This document shows, in pieces, positions 37,116 through 50,460 of a stretch of 64,000 nt of DNA (position 1 is the stretch's first letter; every line of letters begins with the position of its first letter). The stretch is from positions 1,054,001 to 1,118,000 of the forward strand of contig MU054323.1 in assembly GCA_013239625.1 (NCBI GenBank). The letters are read 5' to 3'. Below the pieces are notes generated by a model, which saw nothing but the letters and a program-made list of their open reading frames with translations, was not told the origin of the DNA and made no database searches. The translations under genes and the position numbers were made by a program. The DNA comes from Lama guanicoe. Lineage: Eukaryota.

Positions 37116-40100
37116 AACAAACCTTTGGTGTGGGGAATTTAAGTGGTTTGTTCGAAGCTCTTAAGATAGTCAAAAGCAACCTAAATCCAGAAATTTCTCT
37201 GGACAGCCACTTCTATAATTTCCTTTCTTAATTATATGGTTCACGTCTACACCAAGGCTCACCCACTCTCTCACCCTCTGTATCGACTATCCGTGAGTGT
37301 GGACTGAAAGGATAGGACAATGGAGTGAGTGTTGCTTTCTTGTTTTAAAACCCTCAGTTCTCTCTACTGACACAAATTCCTACTTCTTTTCCCAATCAGC
37401 CCTTCTCCCTGGAACCATTTATGTATCTTCATCAAAAAGTCAAGTACATATGTGATCTGCCTCCAACAAAAGCTTATTTCTTTGGCCTTTAACTCTAGTG
37501 TATAAAACAACTTTGACTTTGCAATTAAATTTTGACTTGCCATTAAATGAACTATCATTTTCAAAAATCAATATCCAAAAAAGCCTATGGGCAAATGTTT
37601 CATTAATTATAAAATATCAGATCTGGAAGCATCCTAGAAATTACTCATCAGGAAAAAAAATGTTCAATAAATACATGGGAACACCTGTGCAAATACATTA
37701 GAAATCATAGAAATTAAAACAAAAATTAACTTTAGTAAGCTCTTTGAATACAGATGAGTTACATAATCTCTCCAGATTTTAGTGTCTTCCTAATGCTAAA
37801 ATGAGAAGGATATTAATACCTACTTACCAAAGGTTCTGCAAATAATATGTGAAATGATGCCTGTGGACTATCACGCATTGGCTGGGGTGTAATGTGTACA
37901 CAATAGATATTAGCTCTTATTTATAAGGTATTAAATTGCATTATAAATAAAAATAATGTGTGTTATCATTCTTTACCCCAGGGTCCTTCTCTCAGTCTCT
38001 AGCAAGGCTTTTTTACACATCACTATGAATCAGCCACTCTGCTGCCTCCCAAGAATCTTGTAATTATGGACTTGCCTCTCCATGGGCATAGGGAGCATGG
38101 TCTCTGGGAGGGAAATTTACGGCCTCAAGGACCCGAAGCCCAGGATGTAATACTGGCTACTCAACTGCTTCATTTGCTTCCATAAAACACTGGAGCACTA
38201 TCCGTAAACCAGCAAATGGATGCCTACTAAACGTTTCTGAACTTCATCTATTTAGTACATTTTTATTGAACTTCATCTGTGTATTCAGGTCTGGCCTGCA
38301 CATCTTATGGGCAATAAGAGAGAAAAAAAGGTCATATACCTGCTTAATAGGAGTATAATCCAGAAAAGAGTCAGTCAGTCAACAGGATAAAGACATAAGT
38401 AGTTCAGTTAAATGAATCAAAAGAGATTTGATTTCTTTCTGATCCTCTTTGACTCTTCCTGTTTATCTACAGCACAAAAGAAATGCAGACCGCTAAGGAC
38501 AAATCAGCTGCCCTTATAAGTTCTTTCTCAGTAAATTCAGCTCCAATGGAAGCACGGTCAAACCATCACTTCATCCTGAAGAACCCACGTAAAATACCCT
38601 TAGCATATTTACAAACTCAGCGGCATGCTCTGTAGACTGCTCTTCCGACCAATGGCCTGGAGACACTGGAAAATCTACCGAAGCACCAAGCTGAAATAAA
38701 CCTGCGAGAGGGTCACTGAGCAAGCCAGTGAGTAAGACCAGCTGGCCACACATCACCCACGTCAGCCGAATACATTTTTCCACTACTCATCCACTAGTTC
38801 GCAGCAACTCAAATTCAGGACCTAAAACAGTCTGTGGATTGCTTGGTCATACTTCACTGTAATTTTGTAGATGAAATTATAGGCTTTCAGAGTATTAACA
38901 AGTCAGAAAGCAACAAGCACACCTGTGACAAGTAAAAAAAATTAAAAGAATTCAGCACTTCGAAACAATTCATAAGTGACCACATGGACATGATAGCTGT
39001 TTGTTCCTTTTCAGGGTTTGGCAAGAAGCAAATGACAGCTTATCAGAAGTGAAATGGGTCTTTGCTTTGCTATTATGTACAGCTTTATCCCTGCTGCCCC
39101 CCTCCCCCCTCACCTGCCCCCTTACAGAATAGCCACGTGAGGCTGGGTGCACACATAAATCACTCCCTCTCTCTCTAGAGATACTTCAGAAGCAGATGCA
39201 GTTAATAAGTTCATCATTTCTCCTTTTAAAAGACATGTTAAGCATGTTGCTTTTCAACTCAACAACTTTCAAAGGTCCTCTGTTTTCAAACTTCTTAGTT
39301 GAGGATCTTCAGTATGTGAATTCACAACTTACGTTTTCATTATAGCTCTGCAAAGAACCCTCTGCTCCAGAAACACAAATCAATTCTTGCTCCTGTGAAC
39401 CTTTATTTGCAACCCATTTTTCAGTTGCACTCACATCATTACCTGCACCTAGAATTTACACCGTTTCTTTCTCTTAAACTCTTGAGCATCGATGCTGTTC
39501 AAAGACCAGCTTAAATCTCATCCTTACTAAGGACGTTTCTCAAAGCACCTTAGCTTTCTTTGAGTCTTTCTGGTAAGTCTTCTTTATATCACGCACTTGG
39601 AACTGTTACTGTTTGTTGCTGGCTATTGTTGTTAGGTGTATGCATTTGTGTGTATCATTTCTTCAGCTCATGTTTATTGGAGGCCTCTTCTGGCATTGTC
39701 CTGGGCCCAGAGAACAGGAAGATAAAAGACACCATTATGTTCTTAAAGATCTCTGAGTTTGACAGAGAAGGGTCTAAGAAAATAGACTATCAAAAGTACC
39801 CACAAAGATTTTTGTGGAGCACAAACAAAAGATGGAATAATGAACTAACTAAATAATATGGAATAATTAAGTAATGAAAAGATTACAGGAAATTCGAGAG
39901 GAAAGTCATCACTTGAGGTATATCTCGATGTAAAATAAAACAAATAATAGCTAATATTTATTCAGCACTTAGTGTTTATGTCAGGTTCTAACTGCTTCAC
40001 ATCTACCACTTCACTTAATCCTGACAACAACCCAGCCATGTAAGTACCATCAGCGCATCTCAAACTTCAACGTGCATATAAATTTCCTGGGGGCTTGTTA

Positions 40101-42903
40101 GAATCCAAAATGTGCACTGAGATTCTGTTGTAAGAGTAGGCATGATGTCTAGGGTGACAGAGCCCTTCTCTTGTCAAATCAGTAACATCACCGTGATAAC
40201 AGCTTCTGTTCATTAAACACCCACAATGGGCGAGGCTCTTTGCTGCACACGTAGGCACATTCTCTCTTTTTCTCCCATCAATCTGTGAATCAGGGTTGCT
40301 GTCCCTATTTTGCTTATGATAAAACTTGAACTGTAAGTCAGTTCATGGTCTAAGGTCACTGAGCTAGTGAGGAAGAGAACAGGAATCCAAATTATATTTG
40401 CCTGGTTCCAAAACCCCTAATCTTATCACCATATCTTGCTACTTCTATTTCTCAATCTCTCCATGATAACCTTAGATGATTTAGAAACAGCCCTTTAATT
40501 TGAATGCCCTCAGCATATGGATTCATGGGGAAAGATATATTTCTTCTCCATTGCCTCCATCCCACTCTGCTGGACTGGGAGTGCTGTCATGCAGGAGAAG
40601 AGATAATCAATATTTTACCAAATGCAGGTAATATGCTTGAACTTGCTTTAGAGGAGCCAATTCTAGACTTCATTATCACATATGAATGGAAATAAATTCA
40701 TATGACAATGCCTAGCAGAAAAAAAGCACCTTGTTTTGACAGGCACTTGTCAGAATCTGAACTCTGGAGGGCACCCCGTCCCCTGCTTGAGGTCCCTGCA
40801 GAGCCCCCTGGGAAGAGGAACATGACATCATGTGAGCTGTGAGTCAAGGTACCACTCTGAGGGTTACTGGAAGCCTCCCAGAAGCTGGTAATGAATGGTC
40901 ATTATAGTACAAACTTATTTTCCTTTAGGATAACTTGTCATTTTCTCTGGTTTATGAAACCTAGTAAAAAAAGAATCATGTGAGAAAGGAAATATCTAGG
41001 GGAGATTACAGGAGGTCAGAAACAAACATCTTTGGTTTCTACTTAAACTAAAATTTAGCTGTTATCAAGTATGCTTGCTATCTTAACAGATGTTTCAAGA
41101 ATTATTTTAGGTACCTTGTTTCATATTCTCATCATAAGAACTTTACTAGGTGTCTGCTAGCCTTCACAATAAAAGGATGGGCTCAGCACCTTACTTGAAG
41201 TCTCACCATGAGTGCAGAATTAAATTCTAGCCAAGATCAACCTGTCTCAGAAATCTAGAACCTGGTCCACTGCTCCTGAATTGCCTCCCATGTAATGTCT
41301 AGGGAAGACCAGGTTAAAAGCTTGCTCACTGTCAACACCATGTGTCAAAACCATGTTTCTTCTGACAGGAAATAGTCAAAATCAAGGAAACATAAAAATA
41401 AATATCTCAACACAATTAAGCCTGCCATAATATTCTATATAGATGAATATGTTATTTAACATTCCTGTGGTAAGAGACTGACTTTTTAAAGTTAATAGCC
41501 AGTAGGAAACTGCTTAAAAATACCCTTGATTTCAATGAAACCCAGTTCTCTTCATGGTATTGCTATGCCTCTCTGTTTCCTTCAGTAAGCCATCTGTGCC
41601 CGTGGCTACCCTGACAGACCAGAGCCTGCTCAAGCAAAGGTTTTAAGAAGGAAGACCAAGTGCCTTAGAAAGGGTGGCAGTCTTAATCAGAGAAAATCTC
41701 CTTGTTGAATAGTCACATTTGATTAAGTGTTCTCTCCCCATGACACTAACATTTTCAAGTTGAGGTTCAGGGCTGAGTTGTCCCAACACTAATTAGCTGG
41801 AAAACAGACTGTGATTAGAGAGCTTAAAAGCCAGAGGAGAATAGGATAGAAGAGGCTAGTGGCTAAATTGGTTTCCTGCAGAAAGGAATCTTTCTTTAGG
41901 AGCCGGCTATGATGCCCAGAGAATTCTATTTCTGATCTCTTCACATAGGAAACTTAAAAGAACAGCAGATGGGGGAATCAATTAAACAGTTTCCAATAGA
42001 CTTGGCCATGGTTCTCAATGCCAAAGTTGTCTAACCACAATAGCATGAACATTACCTCCTAGCAGGACTGTTTTTCTCTCATGTAAAGCTAGGTCTTCGC
42101 TTAAAGACAAGAGCTTTGCTCACTAACTCTGCCAGACCTCTCAGTCATTCATCAAATGATTATTAATGGTCTTTTTTTTTGAATTAGGACAACTTATTAA
42201 GTGTCCTGTACACACATAGTACAGGCTGAATACAGCAACTGAAAACAGGGCTGGGCCTGGGAGTCTGCGGGTTCTGGTGGCTGCGAGGCAGCTTGTGTGA
42301 GCCAGACCAGAGGCAGGGAGCTGAAATAAAATGAATTCACAGATTAAAGTATCTCAGAGAAATATCAAGAAACAAATGAATTTTATGAAGTTATATCTCT
42401 AAAAACTGTCAGGAAGATCTTATAATGTTTAGATAAATTATTTCAAAAGATACTTGGTGTTTATGGGTACATCTACATTTCCTTTCTCTCACTCCAGCAG
42501 CTCCATCAGTCACAGAATTTCATCTGCATAAAAAGATTTTCTTTCCCCTGATTGCTACTCTGTCAGTAGATAAACATCATATGGAATATAATAGAGTAAA
42601 ATAAAATAAAAGAGGAAGAAGTGAAATGCAGGCCACATGGGTAATTCAGTTACCTCAAATTCAAGAATCAGTTTTGTTCTCCCCAAAGAAAGAGCTGTAA
42701 GATCCTTGGCAAGACCTGCCAACACAGTGACTTGATTGATTTTTTATATATGTCTATAAAAATTTTAGAATTCAAAAATATCACTTACTACTGCAACAAT
42801 TTAAAATTTCAAAGCACTTACATATTTGTAAGTACATTTGTAAGAATAAGCTCGATTTCATAAAACCTCTCCGCGTGGTTCTTTGCCCAGCTTCTCCTTT
42901 CAG

Positions 42904-43019
42904 GAAGCTCGCAGCTCCATAGAAGAATTATCTCACTAAACAAATTCCTGGGTGGAGGCAGATAACGTGGACACCATGGTAGTTCTAAAGTACAGAGAAA
43001 ATTACACGGACATTTGCAG
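42904..43019 (+). other. Candidate exon (116 nt), stops in all three through-frames
   Basis: Acceptor cttctcctttcag|G, donor CAG|gtaagg; internal ACCATGG Kozak ATG open to the donor (MVVLKYRENYTDIC..). Confidence 0.35.
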
Positions 43020-43041
43020 GTAAGGAAGCTGATTAACACAT

Positions 43042-43465
43042 TGTAATGGGTTGAATTATGTGCCTGCCAAATTCACATACTGCAGCCCCAAGCCCTCGTA
43101 CCTTAAGATGTGACTTTATTTGGAAATAGGATTGTGGCAGGTGTAATTAGCTAAGATGAGGTCATCAGTGTGGCCCCCATTCAGTATTACCAGTGTCCTT
43201 ATAAATAGGGGAAGTTTAGACATATACACTGAACATCGTGTTAGGGTGAAGGTAGAGAGTGAGATGGCCTTCTGTGCCTCAGCCAACCACCAGAAGCTCG
43301 GAGAGAGGCAGGGACCAGACTCTTCCTTACAGGCCTCAGAAGGAACAACCTGGCCAACGCCTGGATCTCAGACTCTGGCCTCCAGAACTGTGAGACTGTA
43401 AATTTCTGTTGTTTAAGTCACGCAGTTTGTGGCACTTCACTACAGCAGCCCTAGAAAATTAATAA
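43042..43465 (+). mobile_element. MLT1B/C-type MaLR solo LTR
   Basis: tgtaatgggttgaattatgtg...gatgtgactttatttggaaatagg...caccagaagctcggagagaggc...tggcctccagaactgtgaga...acagcagccctagaaaattaata. Confidence 0.92.
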
Positions 43466-43844
43466 TGCAACCTTCCTGTCTTTATATCTTAATAGCTCTT
43501 TTTCCCCTGAATCTCTTGAAAAGTGTTTCCATCTCTGCTGCTCGACAGAAATGCTTCTTCAAAGAACTGTAATAAGTCTCTGATCTTCAAGCAAACTGGC
43601 ATGGCCCCTTTCCTCCTCGTCCTTGACCCTTCGTGGCATGTGACTCTGCTGACTGGCTGCCCTCACCCAGGTTGGACCGGTGGGCAGGGGGCTGGTCTCT
43701 ATGTGGGGTCCTCAGAGCTAGGGCCTTACTGCTTAGATCCCAGAATAAATGTCACGGTTATGTCTGAAGGTGACTTCAGAGCTTGAAGAAAGAAAAATCA
43801 TCTTTTTCAGTGAGAGTGGGAGGACAGGGTTAAAGAGAATAATC

Positions 43845-44069
43845 CAGACTTTCTCAACCTTGATACTGTTGACATGTTGTACTGGATAATTCTTTGCATG
43901 TTTTGCAGTATATGTATACAAATATATATTTGCAGTTCTGTGCACTGCGGGATGACCAAAACCCACTAAATGCCAGTAGTACTTCCCCTCTAGTTGTGAC
44001 AATCAAAAATGTCCACTGATGGGAGAGAAGGGATTAGGGGTGAAATTGCCCCAAATCGAGAATAGCCAG
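43845..44069 (-). mobile_element. MER20 hAT MITE
   Basis: cagactttctcaaccttgatactgttgacat...ggataattctttg...cccactaaatgccagtag...agttgtgacaatcaaaaatgtc...aaattgcccc...gagaa. Confidence 0.85.
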
Positions 44070-46079
44070 AATATAAATACTGAGGCAAGCAGCCAAGCAG
44101 AAGGCAAAGAACTCTAGGATATTTGAGCCAGAGGAGCAGGGTGAAGTGGGCGGCGAGCAGGAGGGCGTAACTGATTCTGAGAGATGCGGGTGGGTGTTCG
44201 GAGGCTCTGCCAGTGCCCCTGGGCCTCCACTCATGTCCTTTCTTTTACATGAATATTCTCTCTTATCAGTCCTCTCAATCACTATCTGAGCTTCAAAGTC
44301 TAGACTGTGGCTACCTCCTCCAAGAAACAGACCCTGACCACATCACAGCTCAGAGCACTTCCCGTCTCCCCTCTGAGTTCCACCAGCCTAGACAGTCTCT
44401 GCCCGTCTTTGGACACTCAGCAAAGGGGTCATCTCCAGATGTTGCTGAACTGCCTAAGTGTGAAGCTTCCTCCCCAGTTACATGGTAGCTCCAGGAATGT
44501 GGGATGGGGTCAGGTTTTGACTTTGCCTACAGGGCCTTGCACATCAGGGATGGTCCAAATACCCTAGAGGAAGAAATAAATGGAGTGTTCAACCATTCTG
44601 GATGGTTAAACTTTCTGATATAAAGGGAGCTGTGTTCAGAGCCACCTCCTTCTGGATTTGTGCAATGCTGCCTTTCAGAGGAGATGGTGAATACCGTCCA
44701 GGTGACACTCCGCAGCAGCTGTTTTCTGAAAATCAGCAGAGACAGTCAGACTCAGGGGCCACAATGACCCCTTTATCCCATCTACAACTCAGACTACAGC
44801 CCACTGCGGCATAGATGAAGTCTAGAACATTCTTAAGAAGTTTTGTATCTGTGAGACCTAGCAAACAAGACTGAGGGATCCAGGAACCTCCTCCACCGGG
44901 TGGTCACTGTTGCCCTGACCCCAGACTCCTGGTTGGAGTTATGCACCATTTACAGTGTGCTGTCCCAAGCAGATACACAAGAACCCACGCATCTGGGAAT
45001 ATCTGGGACTACAAAAGAAGCTCTACCAGCTATTTGACATTTAAGATTTTCTCTGTACCAATAGCACTTCCCTGAAGTAACCACAGCAAGGACTCCTGGA
45101 TGGCAGAAGAGCTGGTGAACCACACACCTGCAGGCTTCTCCATTTAGTGTTGCACCCAAGTCGTACAGCACTCTTCTTATACTTTATCTAAAAGGCCCAT
45201 CACTGTTTGGTCCTCATGCTATCCCTTTACCCCCACTGCTCTGCACCACACCCTACTTTGATTGCTTACTACCCTCCAAACAGAACTGCCCTCTGTTTTC
45301 TGTTCCTTTTCCCTATTGTTCCCCTGAAAAACGTTCACTCACCCTTGGAGACACACTCCTAAAGTTACTTCTCCATTGAAACTTTCCTTGTATGCCTGAA
45401 ATGGAGTTGATTTCCATTGCTCTGGACCACCTCTGTCACGGCACCTGCCTCCATTATGTACTCTCATCACCCTATTTTAATTACTTATTGCCCCGTGTCT
45501 CTTTCTCACCCTTTCTGAACTCTTAGTTAAGTAACATGGCTTCGCTCATCTCTGTAAACTAGAAGATGGAGGCCAGGCTGTACTAGGTTTGGTTCTACAA
45601 CATCTGTTGTTTTCTGTCTTTAGATGATCTATCACATAAGAAAACATTCCACATCTTCTAATTCAAAGTACTGGAGAAAATTGACTGACATTAACTTAAG
45701 AATTTTATCGTTTCTCATTTCTCCAAGTTTCATGGCATCAATAAAACTACCCATGCACTTTTTAGATTTACAATGTTTACTCTGAAATGATGGATTAACA
45801 TTCATTTGACTAAAGCGCAGACTCAATTATATTAAAAATTATTCATTAAATTTGGTGTATGTCATATCAATCTTTCTCAGAAATAGAATACTTCATTATA
45901 TAAATGAGGGAACAAAAATTTTCATTTAAAAGGAATGCATTTAAGCTTCACAATCTACCTCTGAATGTTCAAGGATTTTGGCGGTCCCAATTGCAGTGTT
46001 TATACCTAACTGGAATTTAATAATTCCTTTTAAAAATGCATTTTTCTGATCATAAAACTTTTATTTAAATGATAGTTTG

Positions 46080-46315
46080 TCATAATAATAATTGCTGACT
46101 TTAATTAAGCAGTCTTCAATATTATCAAAAGTCGCTTTATTTAATTCTCATAGCAACACTTAGAGGTAGGTTGCCCTTACTCTTATAGATAAAGAATTGG
46201 CAGCTCACACACACAGTTGACTTGTCGGAGGTCATACAGCTGGGAGGGGTGGAGCAGGGATTTGAATCCCTAGTCCAGCTCCAGAAGGCCGACTTCTACC
46301 CTCTACCCTGTGCTG
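46080..46315 (-). mobile_element. MIR SINE
   Basis: atttaattctcatagcaacacttagaggtagg...gacttgtcggaggtcatacagctg...gggatttgaatccc. Confidence 0.8.
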
Positions 46316-47289
46316 TATTTACATTGCTTAATTTGCAATCCAAGACTTCTGCTGTCCAGCTACTAACAATGCTTTAACGCCCATGACCCTGGACAATTCG
46401 CACTTTGGCACACATAAAAGACAAATCTGATTATTTCTCATCTTATACGTAAGTAATCTGTGGCTTAGCTATGTAAAGTGACTTGCCTAATTTCAAAGCT
46501 AAAATGTAGCAAAGCTGGGACATCAAAGCCAGGTACTGTTACTCTCAGTTCAGTGCCTAATCCACCCCACCATAGGACATTTAGGAGAATTAGGAAATTA
46601 TGCATAAACATGTACATATACACATGCCAGTTTTATCCATTTTTGAAGCCTTTAAAAGTAACACGGAAAAGAGACATTAAATGGTAAGAATTTGCCACAA
46701 TTGTTTAACCTCCAGGCTGGATTTAAATATATGCTAAAAAATTGGCATCAACTCTCAGCATCGCCTCGTCTTCCCCAGGAATAGGAGAATTTTTTATTTG
46801 TTGGATTGATTAATATTGTTTAAAAGATTTTTAAAAGATACTATCAACATATGATTTCTTATGTATGATGAAAATGAATCAATTCTTTTTAACTTAAATT
46901 GAAAAAAAGGATGCAATTTTCTCTGCAGGTTAGATAGGCTCATTCTCAAGGTCATTCAAGACTCAAATTGCTCACAGCACAAGCAGAATGCTTGCTCAGA
47001 TTTACTCTTAGACATACAGAGTCTGTGTTTGCTGGTGAAGAACACGGGCTGCATACAAATGACTTCACCTCTGCAGTACAGAATTTAAATCAGCTAAGCA
47101 AGAAGCCAGCTAGTCCCCCAAATACATGTTAATCTGCTTCCAGAAAAGCCCACAGGCTGACTAAATGTTTGGCTTGCATTTGAATTTCACCATATCAAAC
47201 ATAAGTTCAAATGAGGGGACTGTTAAAAGCAATATATTTTATAGAACTACTCAGCATTATATATTATAAAGAGGTCTGCTCTGTTCAAC

Positions 47290-50060
47290 TCTTATTTATC
47301 CCATCACTGAAGAATAATTGACATACAACAAAATGAAGATACTTAAAGTGTTCAATTTGATACATTTTGACATAAATATACATCAGCAAAGCCATCGTCA
47401 GAAGCAAAATAATAACCCCCCAAAAGTTTCCTCCAGCTTCTTTGTAATCACTCTCCCCTGCCCACTTCTCTGTCCCTCTCCTCTTAGTCCATCACTGACC
47501 TGATTTCTGTCAGACAGAGTAGTCTGAATTTTCTGAAGTTTTCTATAAATGAAATCAAATAATATGTACTTTTTTGTCTGAATCCTTTCACTTAGCATAA
47601 TTATGTTGTTGCGTGAATTGCAACATTCACGTTGTCTCACAAATCCCTGGTTTACTCACTTTTATTTCTGAATCGCATTTCATTGTATGGAGATACCACT
47701 ATTTGTTTAGACATTCATGTGCTGATGGACATTTGATTTATGTCCAGTTTTTGCCTTTTACAAATAAAGCTGTCATGAACATTTGTGTATAAGCCTTTAT
47801 ATAGATATACACTTTCTTTTCTCTTAGGTAATTATGGAAAATAGGAGTGGCTAGATCATATGTTAGGCAAATGTGTAACTTTTCTTTAAATAAACTGGCA
47901 GAATGTTTAGCAAAGAAGTTTTACCATTTTAGATTCCCACCAGCAGCATATGAGAGTTCCTGCTATTCCACATCCTTGTCAACACTTGATATGATCTGTC
48001 TTAACTTTTAGCTCTTCTATTCAAAGAGTAGTGGTATCCTGTACTTTTAATTTACATCCCCCTAGTGACTAATGATGCCAGACATTTTTTCATGTGCTTA
48101 TTTTCTATTTTTTTTGATAAAATGTCTGTTCAAATTTTTTGTCAATTTTTAATTGGGTTCTTTGTTTTTGTATAATAAGAGTTCTGAAAGATCTTTATCT
48201 AGCTACAATTCCTTTGTTAGAAGTACGCTTTTCAAATAGATTTTCTCTCAAATTGTGTATTGTGTTTTCATTTCTTTAATAATTTCTTTTGAAGAGAATA
48301 TGTTTTAATTTTGATGAAGTCCAATTTGTCAGTTTTCTCTCTCGTGAATCATGCTTTTGGGAGAAATCTTAGCCTAACCTGAGCTCGCAAATATTTTTCT
48401 CTTAGTTTTTTTAAAGTAGTTTTAGATTCTACATTCAAGTCTATCATCTGTTTCTGAGTTAATTTTGTTATATGGTGAGAGGAATAAATGGAAGTTCTTT
48501 TTTTTTTCTTGCATCTTAATATCCAGTACCATTTATTGAAAAGATGATCAATTCTCCCTGAATTGTCTTTGCAGTTTTGTCAAAGGCATCCATCCTGAAA
48601 TGTATGAGACTGTTGCTGGGCTCTCTATTCTGTTCCACTGTTCAATTAGTCTACCTTGAAGTAAGTATCACTTTGTCTCGGTGACTGTTTCTTTAAAAAG
48701 GCTTTAAGTCAGATAGGGTCAACTCTCCAGTTTTGTTTTACATTTTCAAAGATGTCTTGGCTATTCTAACTTTGTTTTGTATTTCAATATGAATTTTACA
48801 GCCAACTTAACAGTTTCCACAAAAACTTGCTAGAATTTTTATTGCAATTATTTTGAATCTATAGATACATTTAGAAATAATTGATATCTCTAAAATATTG
48901 AATATTCTGACCTTTGAAAAAGGTGTTTAGGTCTTCTTTAATTTAGATATTTATTTTCTCTCAATATTTTGTATTTTTCAATGTATAGATCTTCCATATC
49001 TTTTGTCAGATTTATCTGTGATTATTTTACACAGTTTGATGCTATGGTAAATTACTTTTTAAAATCTCAGTTGACCAATCTTCTAGTCTTTTTTGTATAT
49101 TTAATCAGATTTTCCACATAGACAATAAAGGTGTTGGGAAATGAAGACAATTGTACTTCTTTTCTTCAATATAGAGGAACTTTTATTCATTTCTCTTACC
49201 TGATCACTCTGTTTTAGATCCTTAAGTGTAATGTTGATTAGAAATTATGAAAAGTTGACAGATTTGTCTTACTCTTGAATTTGGAGGGAAAATATTTGAT
49301 CTTTCAACATTAAGTATGATATCAACTCTAAGTTTTTCCATAGATGCCCTTTATTAGGTCGAGGAAGTTTCCTGATATTCTTAGTTGAGAGCTGTTATCC
49401 AGAATAAATGTTGGATTGATGGCAAATATTTTCCTGCATTTATTAATTTGTTAAGTTACATTGTTTGATTTTTGAAGGTTGAATCAACCCTGCATTCTTG
49501 AGATAAGCCATACTTGATCATTATATACTATAATTTTAATACTTTTTTAGATTTGAATTGTTCAAATCTTGTTTGGAAAATTTGCCTTTATGTTCATGAC
49601 AGACATTGGTCTTTATTAGGACATTTCCTGAAGTATCTTTGCCTCACCTGCCTCATAGAATAAAATAGGAAATAATTTTTTTTCATTTTTCTTGAATGAT
49701 TTGTGTAAAATTCATATAATTAATTTTTTACAGTTGATAATTTACCAGTGAAACTGTCTGGACCTGGAGTTTTCTTTATGGGAAAGTTTTTAACTAAAAT
49801 TTAAATTTCTTTAATAGAGTCAGGTTATCTATTTTTTCTTCTGTGAGCTTTTGTAGTTTGTGTTCTCAGGGAACTTGTCCATTTCGTCTCAGCTTTCAAA
49901 TATATAGACATATTGTCTTTAATAATATGCCTTTTAATATCTATAAAGGCTATAGTAATTTCACCTCTCTGATTCATAATTTTGGTAAATTATGTTTTCC
50001 TTATCAAACTCTACAAGCTTATTAATTGTATTGATTTTCCCAAAGTTTAAAATCTTGATG
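47290..50060 (-). mobile_element. Old L1, ~2.8 kb (3'UTR through ORF2 RT region), degenerate
   Basis: ataattgacatacaacaaaatg...gatggacatttg...ttttagattcccaccagcagcatatgagagttcc...gactaatgatg...tcaacattaagtatgat...ccagtgaaactgtctggacctggagttttc. Confidence 0.92.
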
Positions 50061-50214
50061 AATGGAAAGAAATATTGAAATATGGGAGGGTGATAAAAGA
50101 ATAAGCAGAATTTCCGTAGACAGAGTCTTATGGACTTACCTAAAATAAAAAAAAATTTAATAGCAAAAAGTAAAAACACCTTTTCTTATTTGATTTCACC
50201 AGTAAGAAAACAGC

Positions 50215-50460
50215 TGAGTATAATGGTTACAGGCAATGGATTCTGGCATCAGACTGCCTCTATTTGTGTCCGGCCCATGACTCTTATTAGCAGTTTGAGT
50301 TTGGGAAAATTATGCCTCAGTTTTCTTATCAATAAAGCACAGGTAATGATAGCACTCATCCCATTAGGTTGTTGTGATGATTAATGTTAGTGTAGTTCAT
50401 ATGTGTGAAATGATTGGAAAACTTCTGGCACATGATAAATATGCCAAAAACTGTGATAAG
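50215..50460 (+). mobile_element. MIR SINE
   Basis: atggttacaggcaatggattctggcatcagactgcc...tgcctcagttttcttatc...aggttgttgtgatgattaatg...ctggcacatgataa. Confidence 0.85.

Noticed and set aside
39231..39250. p53-like double CATG element AGACATGTTAAGCATGTTGC
   Set aside because: The CATG cores are 9 bp apart instead of 10, and the site sits in an L2 remnant.
433..42996. Identical 14-mer TTCTAAAGTACAGA in two candidate exons (433-446 and 42983-42996)
   Set aside because: Several 14-mer matches are expected by chance within 64 kb of AT-rich DNA, and the flanks do not align.
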